Part shown: one piece after another, positions 24,376 through 38,081 of the stretch | How positions within the stretch are numbered: position 1 is the stretch's first letter | How the letters are laid out: each line of letters starts with the position of its first letter | NCBI GenBank assembly: GCA_951406725.2 | Contig: OX597837.1 | Span: 24,428,001-24,492,000 of the forward strand | Reading direction: 5' to 3' | DNA from: Octopus vulgaris | Lineage: Eukaryota | DNA: 64,000 bases | Position numbers and translations under genes: made by a program | Notes under the pieces: generated by a model | Databases searched by the model: none | Told to the model about the DNA's origin: nothing | The model's input: the letters and a program-made list of their open reading frames with translations, nothing else

Positions 24376-25430
24376 TGTGTCTGTGTTTGTCCCCCAAGCA
24401 TTGCTTGACAACCGATGCTGGTGTGTTTATGTCCCCGTAACTTAGCGGTTCGACAAAAGAGACCGATAGAATAAGTACTGGGCTTACAAAAGAATAAGTC
24501 TTGGGGTCAAGTTGCTCGATTAAAGGCGGTGCTCCAGCATGGCCGCAGTCAAATGACTGAAACAAGTAAAAGAGTAAAAGAGAGAGAGTATATACCCTTG
24601 TTATACACATGCGGAGTATATACACACCCTAACACAAATGTAGCAGGTTAAATTCAGACACATAAGACATTACATAATGCTCAGGTGTTATTATATAATT
24701 TCTGGATGTAGCAGTTATATATTTGACAAGGATCAGCAAGATATTCCAAGGTAGTTGTTCATTAGGGTACCAAGGCCTTTTAAGTATATAAAGCACCATC
24801 CGATCATGGCCATTGCCAGCCTCACCTGGCCTCCGTGCCGGTGGCACATAAAGAGCACCATCCGATCGTGGGTATTGCCAGCCTCGCCTGGCCCCCCTTG
24901 CTGGTGGCATGTAAAAAGCACCATCCAACCGTGGCCGTTTGCCAGCCCCGTCTGGCACGTAAAAAGCACCCACTACACTCATGGAGTGGTTGGCGTTAGG
25001 AAGGGCATCCAGCTGTAGAAACATTGCCAGATCAGACTGGGCCTGGTGCAGCCTTCTGGCCTCCCAGACCCCAGTTGAACCGTCCAACCCATGCTAGCAT
25101 GGAAAGCGGATGCTAAATGATGATGATGATGATGATTGGAGGAGTTGTAGTTTTGGAAAATTTTCCTAAATTTTTAATTACATCATATAATTAGTTCCCA
25201 GGGTCAGTTTGTTAATTAAATTTCACTTACACTCTAATATCTGGAAAGCCTCTGTTGTACATAAATTGCATTGTTTTTCTCCACTATCATATGAAAAAGC
25301 AATCTGAATTATCAACCACGGTATCTAATAGTTAATATTCTTATCACATAGCGATCATACTAGCTTGGCTAAGGAATGCTTACACTGCTTCTATCTAGCC
25401 CTAAAACATGGTACCACTATCTTGCTTTAA

Positions 25431-25650
25431 CCCTTTCATTACTGTATTTATTTTGAGATGCTCTTTCTTTCTTTCAATTACTTTAAATATAACAAAGAAT
25501 TTAGTAAAATAACTTAGTTATCATTCAGCTAGTCTTAGAAACATAAATTGTGACGAAGGTTTGGTGGAAGATTTTAATTCAAAACTTATGAAAACAAGAT
25601 ATTTGTACTCAGAGCTAGAGCAGGTTTCAGCCGGGTTGGTAACGAAAGGG
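25431..25650. mobile_element. piggyBac-type MITE
   Basis: TTAA TSD; reverse copy of 12889-13108. Confidence 0.8.
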
Positions 25651-26185
25651 TTAATGTCTGCAGTAGCATCGATGTACACATTATCTGGTGTTCAGACTGA
25701 ACACTTGTATACAGCATTTTTTTGGAGGCAGTTGTTGTTCCTAGTAAAGCAGTAAAGCAGATACCTTCCAATGAGATCAGTTACTTAAGTAGAGTCGCTA
25801 GGTCCCATTGTAATACTGAAGTTATTTTACCTAACATTGCAAGTCCAAAGTTTATTATCAAATTTAATTAATGGTCCTCTTGCTGCTAAAATAGTATCTA
25901 TATCTGACCGAGATAATCAAGAGTTATTCATGGAAAAGATGAGTCCCTTATTAAATAGGATAGGGTTAATAAACAATTAGTAGCTAGAGATATCTCTCTT
26001 TACTCTTTTACTCTTTTACTTGTTTCATTCATTTGACTGCAGCCATGCTGGAGCACTGCCTTTAGTTGAGCAAATCAACCCTGGGACTTATTCTTTGTAA
26101 GCCTAGTACTTGCCGAACCGCTAAGTGACGGGGACGTAAACACACCAGCATCGGTTGTCAAGTAATGCTTGGGGGACAAACACAG

Positions 26186-26223
<38 letters not shown>

Positions 26224-26575
26224 CCACTCACAAGGCATTGGTCGGCCCAGGGCTATAGCAGAAGACACTTGCCTAAGATGCCACACAGTGGGACTGAACC
26301 CGGAACCATGTGGTTGGTTAGCAAGCTACTTACCACACAGCCACTCCTGCACCTATCTAGTTGTAGAAATATAATTGATTTTTATCTTTCAATTCCCTAA
26401 ACTAATCTATGACATCTACAGTGTTAAACCATAAACTAAGTGTAATTTTAGATTAAAGTGAAGGGATTACTCTATCTATAAGCTTTTTGCTAATCCTATC
26501 TATATGTGATTTAGAAGGGCATATAAATCTAACAGCTACATACATGCATGCCTGTGCACACGTGTGTGTGTGTGT

Positions 26576-26613
<38 letters not shown>

Positions 26614-27980
26614 AGGCATGTGTCTGTGTGTTTGCACTCTATTAAAATTGTGAGCTACAAGCAGTGATGTTGTCCCTTCTCCTGTCCACAAAAATTTTCC
26701 TCTCACTTTGCTCCTTTGAAGATGTGTGAAACAAGAGATTTCTTTATGTTAAAAACAGATAAGGATTAGTGAGAAGGATATCTGGCTGTAAAACAATGCC
26801 TCAATTATATAAAGATCTAACCCATGCTACCATGAAAAAACAGACATAAAACAAACAGATGAACAAGGATATATATATATATATATATACTCTCTCTTTA
26901 CTCTTTTACTTGTTTCAGTCATTTGACTGCGGCCATGCTGGAGCACCGCCTTTAATTGAGCAACTTGACCCCGGGACTTATTCTTTTGTAAGCCCAGTAC
27001 TTATTCTATCGGCCTTTTTTGCCAAACCGCTAAGTTACAGGGACCTAAACACACCAGCATCGGTTGTCAAGCGATGTTGGGGGGACAAACACAGACACAC
27101 AAACACACACACGCATATATATATATATATATATATATGACGGGCTTCTTTCAGTTTCCATCTACCAAATCCACTCACAAGGCTTTGGTCGGCCTGAGGC
27201 TATAGTAGAAGACACTTGCCCAAGGTGCCACGCAGTGGTTCTGAACCCGGAACCATGTGGTTGGTAAGCGAGCTACTTACCACACAGCCACTCCTGCGCC
27301 TATTTATATATATATAAATATGGATGTAAATATATATATGTATTGGTAACATATTTAAACATATCTTTATATATAAATACATATTGTATATGTACACATA
27401 CATAGGTACAGGTGTGGTTGTGTGGTAAGAAAATTGTTTCCCAACCACATGCTTCTCGGTTCAGTCCCATTGAATGGCACCTTGGGCAAGTGTCTTCTAC
27501 TAAAGCCTCAGGTTTACCAAAGCCATGTGAGTGGATTTGATAGGTAGAAACTGAAGGAAGCCCAACGTGTGTGTGTTTGTGTGTGTCCTTGTGACTGTAG
27601 TTGTCCCCCAACTCTACTTGACAACTGGGGTTTGCTTGTTTACATCACCATAACTTAGCAGTTCAGCCAAAGAGACCAATAAAATAAGTACCAGGCTTAA
27701 AAAATAATAATAAGCAATGGGATCAATTCTTCAAGGTGGCACCCTAGCATGGCTGCAGTCTCCTGACTGAAACAGATGAAAGATAAAAAATATATATGTA
27801 TATAAAGATACAAAGTGAGATAGGGGTTATGAGTGTAACCCACTATGGGATATCATTTATCCAATATACTGCCAGTAAAGTACCCAGAAGGCTAATACAT
27901 AAATGCTTACAATTGCAATGCAATTAATTCATTTATTGTATTATATGGGCGAAGGTAAAATGTTTTACCTCAAATTCATA

Positions 27981-28306
27981 ATACAAAATAAGAAAATGGA
28001 GGAATAGATTTCTTTCAATCATCAACTTCCAGATAATACCAATTCATATAATTTATTAACTAATTATTTAGATTAAACAGGAATATCCAAATCCAACAGA
28101 ATAAGACAGAATAAAACAATATACATCATATTCTTATGGTATTATCTTACTTATTGGTATATGATGTTTTATTCTGTCTTATTCTGTTGGATTTGGATGT
28201 TCCTATTTAATCTAAATAAATAATTAGTTAATAAATTATATGAATTGGTATTATCTGGAAGTTGATGATTGAAAGAAATCTATTCCTCCATTTTCTTATT
28301 TTGTAT
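27981..28306. repeat. Fold-back inverted repeat (~138-bp arms)
   Basis: 27981-28118 is nearly the exact reverse complement of 28165-28306. Confidence 0.85.
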
Positions 28307-28329
28307 ATAAAGATATATATGTATATATA

Positions 28330-28845
28330 TATATATTAAAGTTAGATGAAGCTGGTTTATGGGACTATCTTAGGTTTCACGTCCATAAAGGGCCTGGCTT
28401 TATGGCGTATCATCCGATCCCAAAATCTGTTGGCTGAAGGATTCTCTTGTAAGTGGCCTCTCTAGAATATGGAGGAGAAAATGAGCTTGTTATTCAACGT
28501 CAACAAAGGGGATTGTCTCCCCTTGGCTATCGATCGCCGATGTTAACAAAGGGGTTGTGTCCCTTTGCTTGTCGATCGCCTGTGGCACTGCTATCTTGTG
28601 GGTTCCAATAGACTAGCAGCAATTTTGTGTAATGTAAGCACGAGCTCATTTCCTATTCTACAGAGGCCACTCACTAGAGAGGCCTTTAGCTAACTGATTT
28701 TGGAATTTGATGATACATCATAAAGCCAGGCCCTTTATGGGCCTGAAACCGAAAGTAATCCCATAAACCAGCCTCATCTAACTTTAATATATACTGCTGT
28801 ATAACTTAGAGTGTGCTTCTTTCTTCAGATTAATGTTTACGGACG
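28330..28845 (+). mobile_element. Fold-back element with a hammerhead in each arm
   Basis: Arms about 28330-28490 / 28620-28793. Right arm: TTGATGA(28707)...cataaag ccaggcc ctttatg...GAAAC cgaaa GTA atccc. Left arm has the same motif on the - strand at 28361-28421. Confidence 0.7.
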
Positions 28846-30196
28846 ATATATATATATAGACGTAGGAGTGACTGTGTGGTAAGTAGCTTGCTTACCAACT
28901 ACATGGTTCTAGGTTCAGTCCCACCGTGTGGCACCTTGAGCAAGTGTCTTCTACTGTAGCCTTGAGCCGACCAAAGCCTTGTGAGTGGATTTGGTAGACG
29001 GAAACTGAAAGAAGCCAGTCATGTATATATATATATGTGTGTATGTTTGTGTGTCTGTGTTTGTCCCCCCAACATCGCTTGACAACCGATGCTGGTGTGT
29101 TTATGTCCCCATAACTTAGCAGTTCGGCAAAAGAGGCCGATAGAATAAGTACTAGGCTTACAAAGAATAAGTCCTGAGGTCGATTTGCTCGACTAAAGGC
29201 AGTGCTCCAGCATAGCCACAGTCAAATGACTGAAACAAGTAAAAGAATAAAAGAGAAAAATAATTAGAGATGGCATTGTCCGAGGAATATACTTTTTAAG
29301 TGACACACAATCACTGATCTGGAAAAGAGGAAAACAATCATCCTTAAATCTCTGAGCGAGAAGTAAATGGTAACAGTACTACAGAGTAAAATCTATTTGC
29401 CAATGTTAAGTGGCATCCCTGATTAGGATGATATTACTACCTTTGTTTAGCCCCAGGAAAGCATCTTTTCCTGCTGGCTACCAATGCACAACTGCATCCA
29501 TATACCTCGAATAAGGGAGCTAATGTCCCAACTCAGCCTAAAAGGGCATCAGCGGACCATGGTTTCTGAGTTATTTCTCTTCTTTGGCACAGGATAACTG
29601 TTGGCTAGAGATGGCAACACTACGACAACAGTTATCCTGTGGTAAGAGGGGGCAGGTACTGGCTGAAGCTGTTAATGCAGCATTCATGGTAAGGTGAATA
29701 CTATGCTGCTTGTCACTTTTCATTACTATTGCAATAGCTATACATGCAGCATTTTGTGATTGTCTGATTGAAGTCTCGTGTCACAATTCATTGGCTCTCC
29801 TTTTCAATTTGTCTGCTACTACCATTTTTTAACCAATGGAGAATCTCTTTGGAGACATTTTGTCAAGAAATATGACATAATAAAGTAAGATGACAATTGT
29901 ACATTAATAAGGAATAATAAAAAAGGTAAATAATAGCAATATCTTAGCAAATTTTAAGACAAGTTCCTTCACAAAGAGTTACCTCCCTTCTCCATAATAG
30001 TCGTACTTAGCTCATGAAAGGTGGTTTTCTGACCTCCGAAGCTTCATTACTGAATGTGTGAAAACGTTTAAGAGTCTAAAACCATCTCTAAAACATAAGT
30101 ACTGTATGTTCTCAGTTTGAAGAAAATCAGTTGTGAACTTCAGAAGTTATGTGGGTTTACACACACAAACATACTGAGCTTTAAATATACATGTAT

Positions 30197-30540
30197 GTGA
30201 AGGCGCATGGCTCAGTGGTTAGAGCGTCGAGCTTACGATCGTGAGGTTCTGAGTTCGAATCCCAGATCGGGCTGCGTGTTGTGTTCTTGAGCAAGACACT
30301 TTATTTCACGTTGCTCCAGTTCACTCAGCTGTAGAAATGAGTTGTGACATCACAGGTGCCAAGCTGTATCGGCCTTTGCCTTTCCCTTGGATAACATTGG
30401 TGGCGTGGAGATGGGAGGCCGGTATGCATGGGCAACTGCTGGTCTTCCATAAACCACCTTGCCCAGGCTCGTGACTAGGAGGGTAACTTTCTAGGTGCAA
30501 TCCCATGATCAGTGTCATGACCGAAGGGGGTCCCGACCCG
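30197..30540 (+). mobile_element. tRNA-derived SINE
   Basis: tggctcagtggttagagcg...gagttcgaatccc head. Confidence 0.7.
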
Positions 30541-30639
30541 ATGTATGTATGTATGCATGCATGTATGTATGTATGCATGTATGTATGTATGTATGTATGT
30601 ATGTATGTATGTATGTATGTATATATGTATATATGTATG

Positions 30640-30672
<33 letters not shown>

Positions 30673-31186
30673 GTGTATGTATGTATGTTTATATGCATGC
30701 ATGTTTATATGTATGTATGTATATATGTATGTATGTATTTATGTATGTATATATACACACACACACATATATATGAGGGACTGCCAAAAAGTTCCTGGCT
30801 TTGAGGTTGTCACAAAAGGCCTGGTTGGAGGCCCAGCCTTCAGAGTTCTTCTACAGGGCTTAGAAAAACAGAAGGACCACTGCAAAAAGTGTATAAATCT
30901 GAGAGGAGAATATCTTGAATAAAACCATAATTAACTGATCCTCCTATATTTTCTTTTACCCAAAGCCAGGTCCTTTTCAACACCCCTTGTATATATAAAC
31001 ATATATAAATATCTACACACACACACACATAAAATTATACATATATGTACTATTTCCTTGAAGCTGAGAAAATACCACATACAGTTACTCCAAGCTTTTT
31101 TCAGTTTTTCACAGGAACAGTACTGTAAACTACTTTTGGTATTTGAGTACTAATTTTTCAATCTTGCTTTGCACCAATCCACTCAG

Positions 31187-31187
<1 letters not shown>

Positions 31188-31246
<59 letters not shown>

Positions 31247-31333
31247 ATATGTGTGTGTGTGTGCATATTCATATATGTATGTATAGGTTGGTAGATAGAC
31301 TGACAAACAGAGACACAGAAAGACAGATAGGTG

Positions 31334-31384
<51 letters not shown>

Positions 31385-31449
31385 ATAAGTAGATAGATAG
31401 ATAGAGAGAGAGAGAAGATAGATAGGTATATAGAGAGATAGATAGGTAT

Positions 31450-31507
<58 letters not shown>

Positions 31508-31527
31508 TGATAGATAGGCAGACAGAC

Positions 31528-31598
<71 letters not shown>

Positions 31599-31664
31599 CT
31601 GATAGATAGATAAGATAGATAGACAGACAGACAGATTGATAGATAGATAGATAGATAGATAGAC

Positions 31665-31699
<35 letters not shown>

Positions 31700-31796
31700 C
31701 AGATAGATAATGTATTGTAATATGTGTTTGTTCTTGCAAATGTATTCCTCATTCACTATTTCACTCCAACAGGCTGTGGCTATGAATCAATCATAT

Positions 31797-31858
<62 letters not shown>
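31188..31858. repeat. Compound (TG)n/(GA)n/(GATA)n/(CA)n microsatellites
   Basis: Directly visible. Confidence 0.95.
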
Positions 31859-31861
<3 letters not shown>

Positions 31862-32284
31862 TACATCAGCCTATTTTTATGGATACTCATTGATATACAA
31901 CTTGCTATTAAATTAATGGTGAAGATGACAATAGTGGTGACATGTGTACCTGCATGTGTGTGTGTGTGTGTATGCGCACACACATAGTGGACCATGGCCA
32001 TGCTGGTGCACTGCCTTGTAATGTTTAGACGAACAAATCAACCCCGGTTCTTATTTTCTAACCCTGACCCTTATTTATCAGTCTCTTTTGACAAACAGCT
32101 AAGTTTTAGGGATGTAAACAAACCAACACAACAGTGGTTACGTTACCAAGTGGAAGTAGGGGACAGACAAAAACACATAGTTATATACATACTTACATTA
32201 TATATGTGATATATATATATATCTTTATATATCTATACACACACACACATACATTATGTATATGTGTGTGTGTGTGTATGTATG

Positions 32285-32315
<31 letters not shown>

Positions 32316-32744
32316 GTACATATACATTATATCTGATATAATAAATGTGAATACTAATATCTGTGTGTCAGTGTGTCACACTTAGACCCCACTCTCTCTC
32401 ACTATTCAATGACATTCCTACTATTCCTCATGATGGGGTGAGAGCAATAGTAAGCATAGAGATATTGAGGGTGGTGGCAAAGACAGACAGAAAGAGAGAG
32501 AGAAAGAAAAAGAGAAGGAAAGAAAGAGAGACAAAGAAATTTAAGGAGAGTTGATGATGTTCTATTAAAAGTAGTAGTGTTGATGGTGGCAGTGGGAGTA
32601 ATAATAAAGGGGAGAGAAAGTGTGGGTATGTGAGAGAAAGAGGGAGATGATGTACAATTTTGTTTAACCATGTCCCTTTGACAGAAATTCCTGTTGCCAA
32701 CATACTGAACACTATCATTTTTGTTTTATTTTTTGCTTTCTTTA

Positions 32745-32779
<35 letters not shown>

Positions 32780-32889
32780 TATACATACATACAAACACAC
32801 ACACACATATAAAATACACTTTAATTGAAATAAAGTTTCCCCAAAATTAAACATATCTACTATAATAAATTTTCAACTTTATTAAATCC

Positions 32890-33570
32890 TTTCTACTGGA
32901 AGCTCAAGGCCTCAAATTTTGGGGGAGGGGATTAAATTGATTACCTTGACACCGGTATGTAACTGGCACTAATTTTATTGACCCCAAAAGGATGAAAAGC
33001 AAAGTCGACTTTGGTAGAATTTGAACTCAAAACCTAATGGCAGACAAAGTACTGCTAAGCAATTCACCTGGCATGCTAATGATTCTACCAGCATGCTGCC
33101 TTAATATAATACAGTAATCTTTTCTACTCAAGGCACAAGGCCTGAAATTTTGGGAGAGAGTGGGGCCAGTCGATTAGATCAACCCCAGTATGCAACTGGT
33201 ACTTAATTTTTTGACCCCAAAAGGATGAAAGGCAATGTCGACCTCGGCGGAATCTGAACTCAGAACATAAAGACAGCCAAAATACTGCTAACCATTTCGC
33301 CCATCGTGCTAACATTTCTGCCCGCTCGCTGCCTTGATATAACATAATATAATATTTTCTACTCAAGGCACAAGGCCTGAAATTTTGCGGGAGAGGTCAG
33401 TCGATTAGATCAACCCCGGTACACAACTGGTACTTAATTTATTGACCCCAAAAGGAAGGAAGACAAAGTTAACCTTGGCAGAATTTGAACTCAGAACATG
33501 AAGACAGACGAAATACTGCTAAGCATTTCGCCCAGCATGCTAACATTTCTGCCAGCTTACTACCTTAATA
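32890..33570 (-). mobile_element. SINE family B variant, 3 tandem copies
   Basis: Three ~230-bp repeats carrying gaatttgaactc...ctaagcatttcgccc. Confidence 0.7.
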
Positions 33571-33589
33571 TAATATAATGATATAATAT

Positions 33590-34125
33590 AATATAATAAA
33601 TGTGAATGTCAGTGTATCAGTGTGTCACAATTTTACAACTTTACTCCTAGAGGCCGTAGCTCAACCTATCATATAATTTTGGAATCAAGCTGACTCCGTG
33701 AGTAAATTAAAAACATTCTGGGCCAAATTTAGATTTGCAATCCTAAAATTTTGGATTCCCAAGTTTTCATTACTGTGATTGCTTTTGGCAATTTTTTTAT
33801 GTGACTTTTTGCAACAAATTTTTGGTATGATAACAATTTTTATAATCTAAAGGCTAACTTCGTGAGTAAATTAAAAACATTCCAGGCCGAAACCGGACCT
33901 GCAATCCTGAAATTTTGGATTCCTATGTTTTCATTACTGCACTTGTTTCCAGCAATATTTTTACATGATTTTTTTGTGACGAATATGATCATCATTGGGA
34001 TATGACCCTGGAGGAAGCAATTGCAACAAATTCTCCAAAACAAGTCAAAGATCTGTCTGCAGATCTTTCCATTCAGAGTCAGTTGCTCAAAAGCTATATA
34101 CCCAATAGCGAGGCTTTTAAACTAG
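33590..34125 (+). mobile_element. Helitron-like non-autonomous element
   Basis: 5' atataataaatgtgaa...gtgtgtcac (also at about 32336), an internal direct repeat, and a 3' CTAG|T preceded by a decayed GC hairpin. Confidence 0.45.
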
Positions 34126-34420
34126 TATATAACCGCCCTATCAAGCAGCTTTTAAGCTATTATATATATATATATATATATACTCACATACACTATATCT
34201 ATATATAAAAATATATGAGCTTCTTTCAGTTTCCATCTACCCAATCCATTCACATGGCTTCAGTTGCCCCAGGGGCTGTAGTAAAAGACATTTACCCTAG
34301 GTGCCACACTGTAGGACTGAACATAGAACCATACGCTTGGAAGGCAAACCTCTTACAACACTGCAATACCTGCACCTTACACACACACACACACACACAC
34401 ATACATACACACACACACAC

Positions 34421-34493
<73 letters not shown>

Positions 34494-34565
34494 ATATTTT
34501 CGAAAAAATATTTTATCAATGGCCAGCATATTAAAAAAATACCTCTAAAGGTTAAATTTATAAAC

Positions 34566-34749
34566 AACTTATAAATAAGGGCAAACGAAAAAATTTCTAA
34601 TGCCAAATATGCTGAAATTGGACATATTGTCCATAACCATATAATTTATGGTATAAAATTTTATATGGTATAAAATTATATGGTTATGGATAATATGTCC
34701 AATTTCGGCATATTTGGCATTAGAAATTTTTCGTTTCCCTTTATTTATA

Positions 34750-34753
<4 letters not shown>
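34566..34753. repeat. Fold-back inverted repeat (~80-bp arms) between (TA)n tracts
   Basis: 34566-34647 is nearly the exact reverse complement of 34673-34753. Confidence 0.85.
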
Positions 34754-34807
<54 letters not shown>

Positions 34808-34998
34808 TGTATATATATGTATGTATGTGTGTGTGTATGTATGTATGTATATTACGTATACGTTCTCACACATCATTCTTACATACAAACATATGCTTGT
34901 GCACCCCAGTTGAGCCGGGTAATTGTTATTATCTCCCCTCCACCCAGCTTCTAGCTTCTGTCTTCCTATCACTTCATCATGTTATATTTTTTCTCTCC

Positions 34999-35041
<43 letters not shown>

Positions 35042-35102
35042 AGTCAGTAGTTGAAAAATCTGAAAAGAAGCACTCTCTAAAACACCAGACCAGTAGTATA
35101 TG

Positions 35103-35320
35103 TAGAAGGTTGTTTATTATGGCTAGTCAGAGAGTGACCATTGATTTCTCACAAATAAGGAGCTTAGCTGTATCGGTGACTCACCAGACTCAAACAGCTG
35201 GATGCACATAACCTCTCTACAACTGGAGGTGGGTCTGATGAATCATCTACATAGCTAAGCACTTCATAGATGCAGGACCGATGGTCATTCTCTGATCAGC
35301 CATAACAAAAAAGCCTTCTA
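35103..35320. mobile_element. Old fold-back element with a hammerhead in each arm
   Basis: - strand 35132-35191: gagt CTGGTGA g tcac...gtga GAAAT caatg GTC actc. + strand 35231-35290: gggt CTGATGA...accgatg GTC attc. Confidence 0.6.
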
Positions 35321-35394
35321 AACACACACACACACATATACACACATACACATTTATATATTACCTGCAATGTATAGTATTAAATATTCATCAT

Positions 35395-35487
35395 AGCTGG
35401 TTTTACCAATAGGTTTCACATAAAGAGTTCAAAGGAGTGTTAGGTAACAAACTGATTATGTAACTTTACACTCATCAGAGTTAGCTG
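35395..35487 (-). ncRNA. Hammerhead motif; solo copy of the 22987 family
   Basis: - strand: CTGATGA gtgtaaag...ctttatgt GAAAC ctattg GTA. Confidence 0.6.
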
Positions 35488-35739
35488 ATATGGAAGGAAA
35501 TATGGTGAACTGTGTAATATGTTGTGTTCTTGAGCGAAACATCTCACTTTATATTTCATGTTCTAATCTACTTGGCTGGCAAAAATGAGTATTGCTGCAG
35601 TGGTCCGGCACCTCATTTCAGGGGCTGGAGAAATATATGCCATGGAAACTGCAAAACTGGTCCCGTGAGTCCGTATGACTCAGGAAGAATCTTTTGCGTT
35701 TTTTGTTTTATATATTATCATATAACTAATTTCAGTTAC

Positions 35740-36115
35740 AATCGTGTCGGTGGCACATAAAAAGCACCATCCGTTCGTGGCCGTTGCCAGCCTCGCCTGG
35801 CCCCCGTGCCAGTGGCACGTAAAAAGCACCATCCGTTCGTGACCGTTGCCAGCCTCACCTGGCCCCCGTGCCGGTGGCACATAAAAATCACCATCCGATT
35901 GTGGTCGTTTGCCAGACTCGTCTGGCACCTGTGCAGGTGGCACGTAAAAAGCACCCACTACACTCTCGGAGTGGTTGGCGTTAGGAAGGGCATCCAGCCG
36001 TAGAAACACTGCCAGATCAAACTGGGCCTGGTGCAGCCTTCTGGCTTCCCAGACCCCAGTTGAACCGTCCAACCCATGCTAGCATGGAAAACGGACGCTA
36101 AACGATGATGATGAT
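35740..36115 (+). mobile_element. RTE LINE 3' UTR fragment (family D)
   Basis: Ends ggacgctaaacgatgatgatg. Other copies at about 24790-25135, 36690-37037, 44195-44570, 48580-48865 and 61930-62537. Confidence 0.75.
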
Positions 36116-36635
36116 ATATGTGTGGAAGAGAGTGTGTGTATAGATGTGTAACACTTCGTTCTGAAGCATATGGACATTGAGTTCAGCACAAAGTTATTAG
36201 TCTCATAATGCCTCAGTGGAATATTATATACAAGGGGGGTGCTGAAAAGATCCTTGCTTTAAGGGTATCACAAAAGGCCTGGCTGGAGGCTCAATCTTCT
36301 GAGTTCTTTTAGAGGGCTTAGAAAAACTGAAGGACTGCCACAATAAGTGTGTGGATCTGAAAGGCGAATATGTTGAATATAATCATAATGCCTCGGTGGA
36401 ATATTATATACAAAGAGGTGCTGAAAAGATCCTTGATTTAAGGGTATCACAAAAGGCCTGGTTGGAGGCTCAATCTTCAAAGTTCTTTTACAGATCTTAG
36501 AAAAACTGAAGGACTGCCACAATAAGTGTGTGGATCTGAAAGGAGAATATGTTGAATATAATCATAATTAACTTAACTGATCCGCCTGTATTTTGTTTTA
36601 GCCAGCCTGAAGCTTTCCAGCACTCCCTCATATGC

Positions 36636-36683
<48 letters not shown>

Positions 36684-37033
36684 TATGACTGGCACCCGGC
36701 AGATGCCAAGACCTCTGGACTGGTGGTACGTAAAAAGCACTATCCGAATCGTGGCTGATGCCAGCGCCGCCTTGACTAGCTTCAGTGCCGGTGGCACGTA
36801 AAATGCACCGATCTGCCCGTGGCCGTTGCCAGCCCCGCCTGGCACCTATGCAGGTGGCACGTAAAAAGCACCCACTACACTCACGGAGTGGTTGGCGTTA
36901 GGAAGGGCATCCAGCTGTAGAAACATTGCCAGATAAGACTGGAGCCTGGTGCAGCCTTCTGGCTTCCCAGATCCCCGGTCGAACCGTGCAACCCATGCTA
37001 GCATGGAGAACGGACGTCTAACGATGATGATGA

Positions 37034-37077
<44 letters not shown>

Positions 37078-37340
37078 GCATACATGAACTGCACAAAATA
37101 TGGTTGAGCTAAGAGAAGGGAATCTATGTAACAGACAGACAGATAGACAGAGAAGGGGAGTAAATTTGTAATTCTCTTTCTCTCTCTCTTTCTTTCTTTA
37201 CCTTTCTCGATGTTATATGTTCATTGACAGAACACCCACCCACTCTTTCGCACACGCATGATACACAGTTATGAACGCTCATATATAAATTGACTGAAAC
37301 GTGAGGGTGGTGGTGGTGGGAGGAGGAGGAGAGGAGGAGA

Positions 37341-37735
37341 GAAGAAGAAGAAGAAGAAGAAGAAGAAGAAGAAGAAGAAGAAGAAGAAGAAGAAGAAGAA
37401 GAAGAAGAAGAAGAAGAAGAAGAAGAAAAGGAAGAAGAAGAAGAAGAAGAAGAAGAAGAAGAAGAAGAAGAAGAAGAAGAAGAAGAAGAAGAAGAAAAGG
37501 AAGAAGAAGAAGAAGAAGAAAAGGAAGAAGAAGAAGAAGAAGAAGAAGAAGAAGAAGAAAAGGAAGAAGAAGAAGAAGAAGAAGAAGAAGAAGAAGAAGA
37601 AGAAGAAGAAGAAGAAGAAGAAGAAGAAGAAGAAGAAGAAGAAGAAGAAGAAGAAGAAGAAGAAGAAGAAGAAAAAGAAGAAGAAAAAGAAGAAGAAAAG
37701 AAGAAGAAGAAGAAGAAGAAGAAGAAGAAAAGGAA
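37341..37735. repeat. Long (GAA)n purine tract
   Basis: About 400 bp with a few interruptions, roughly 350 bp upstream of the F-box ATG. Confidence 0.95.
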
Positions 37736-37873
37736 GAGGGTGACCAGCCACTGAAAACCGTAGAAACTTGGTTCGTGGCAAGTCCACGCGTCCGGTCCTG
37801 GTTAAATCGATAGAAACAACGTGAAAGTAGTTCAAATTGTTGAATAGTTTTATCAGATGTAAACAGCTGGTGT

Positions 37874-37881
37874 TGACGTCA
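37874..37881. promoter_or_regulatory. Perfect CRE palindrome TGACGTCA upstream of the F-box ATG
   Basis: Consensus CREB/ATF site in a locally CpG-retaining, non-repetitive stretch about 200 bp before the ATG. Confidence 0.3.
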
Positions 37882-38081
37882 AAGCTAAAATGAACTGAGC
37901 TTCGAACTTTCCATTCAAACAACCCTTGTGTAGGCGTTTGCCCAGTTTTATGAATGAAACTCTTCCTTACTACGCCAGACACGTATAGTAATGGCTTGAC
38001 GCTGCAGAAGGTGAAACAAACTGGACTGGTCAAGGAAAGAGAAAAATAAAGAGAAAGAAAAAGAGACACACCACTTTAGTA

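Noticed and set aside
37269-38069. Long poly-F / poly-R ORFs
   Set aside because: Translations of the (GAA)n tract.
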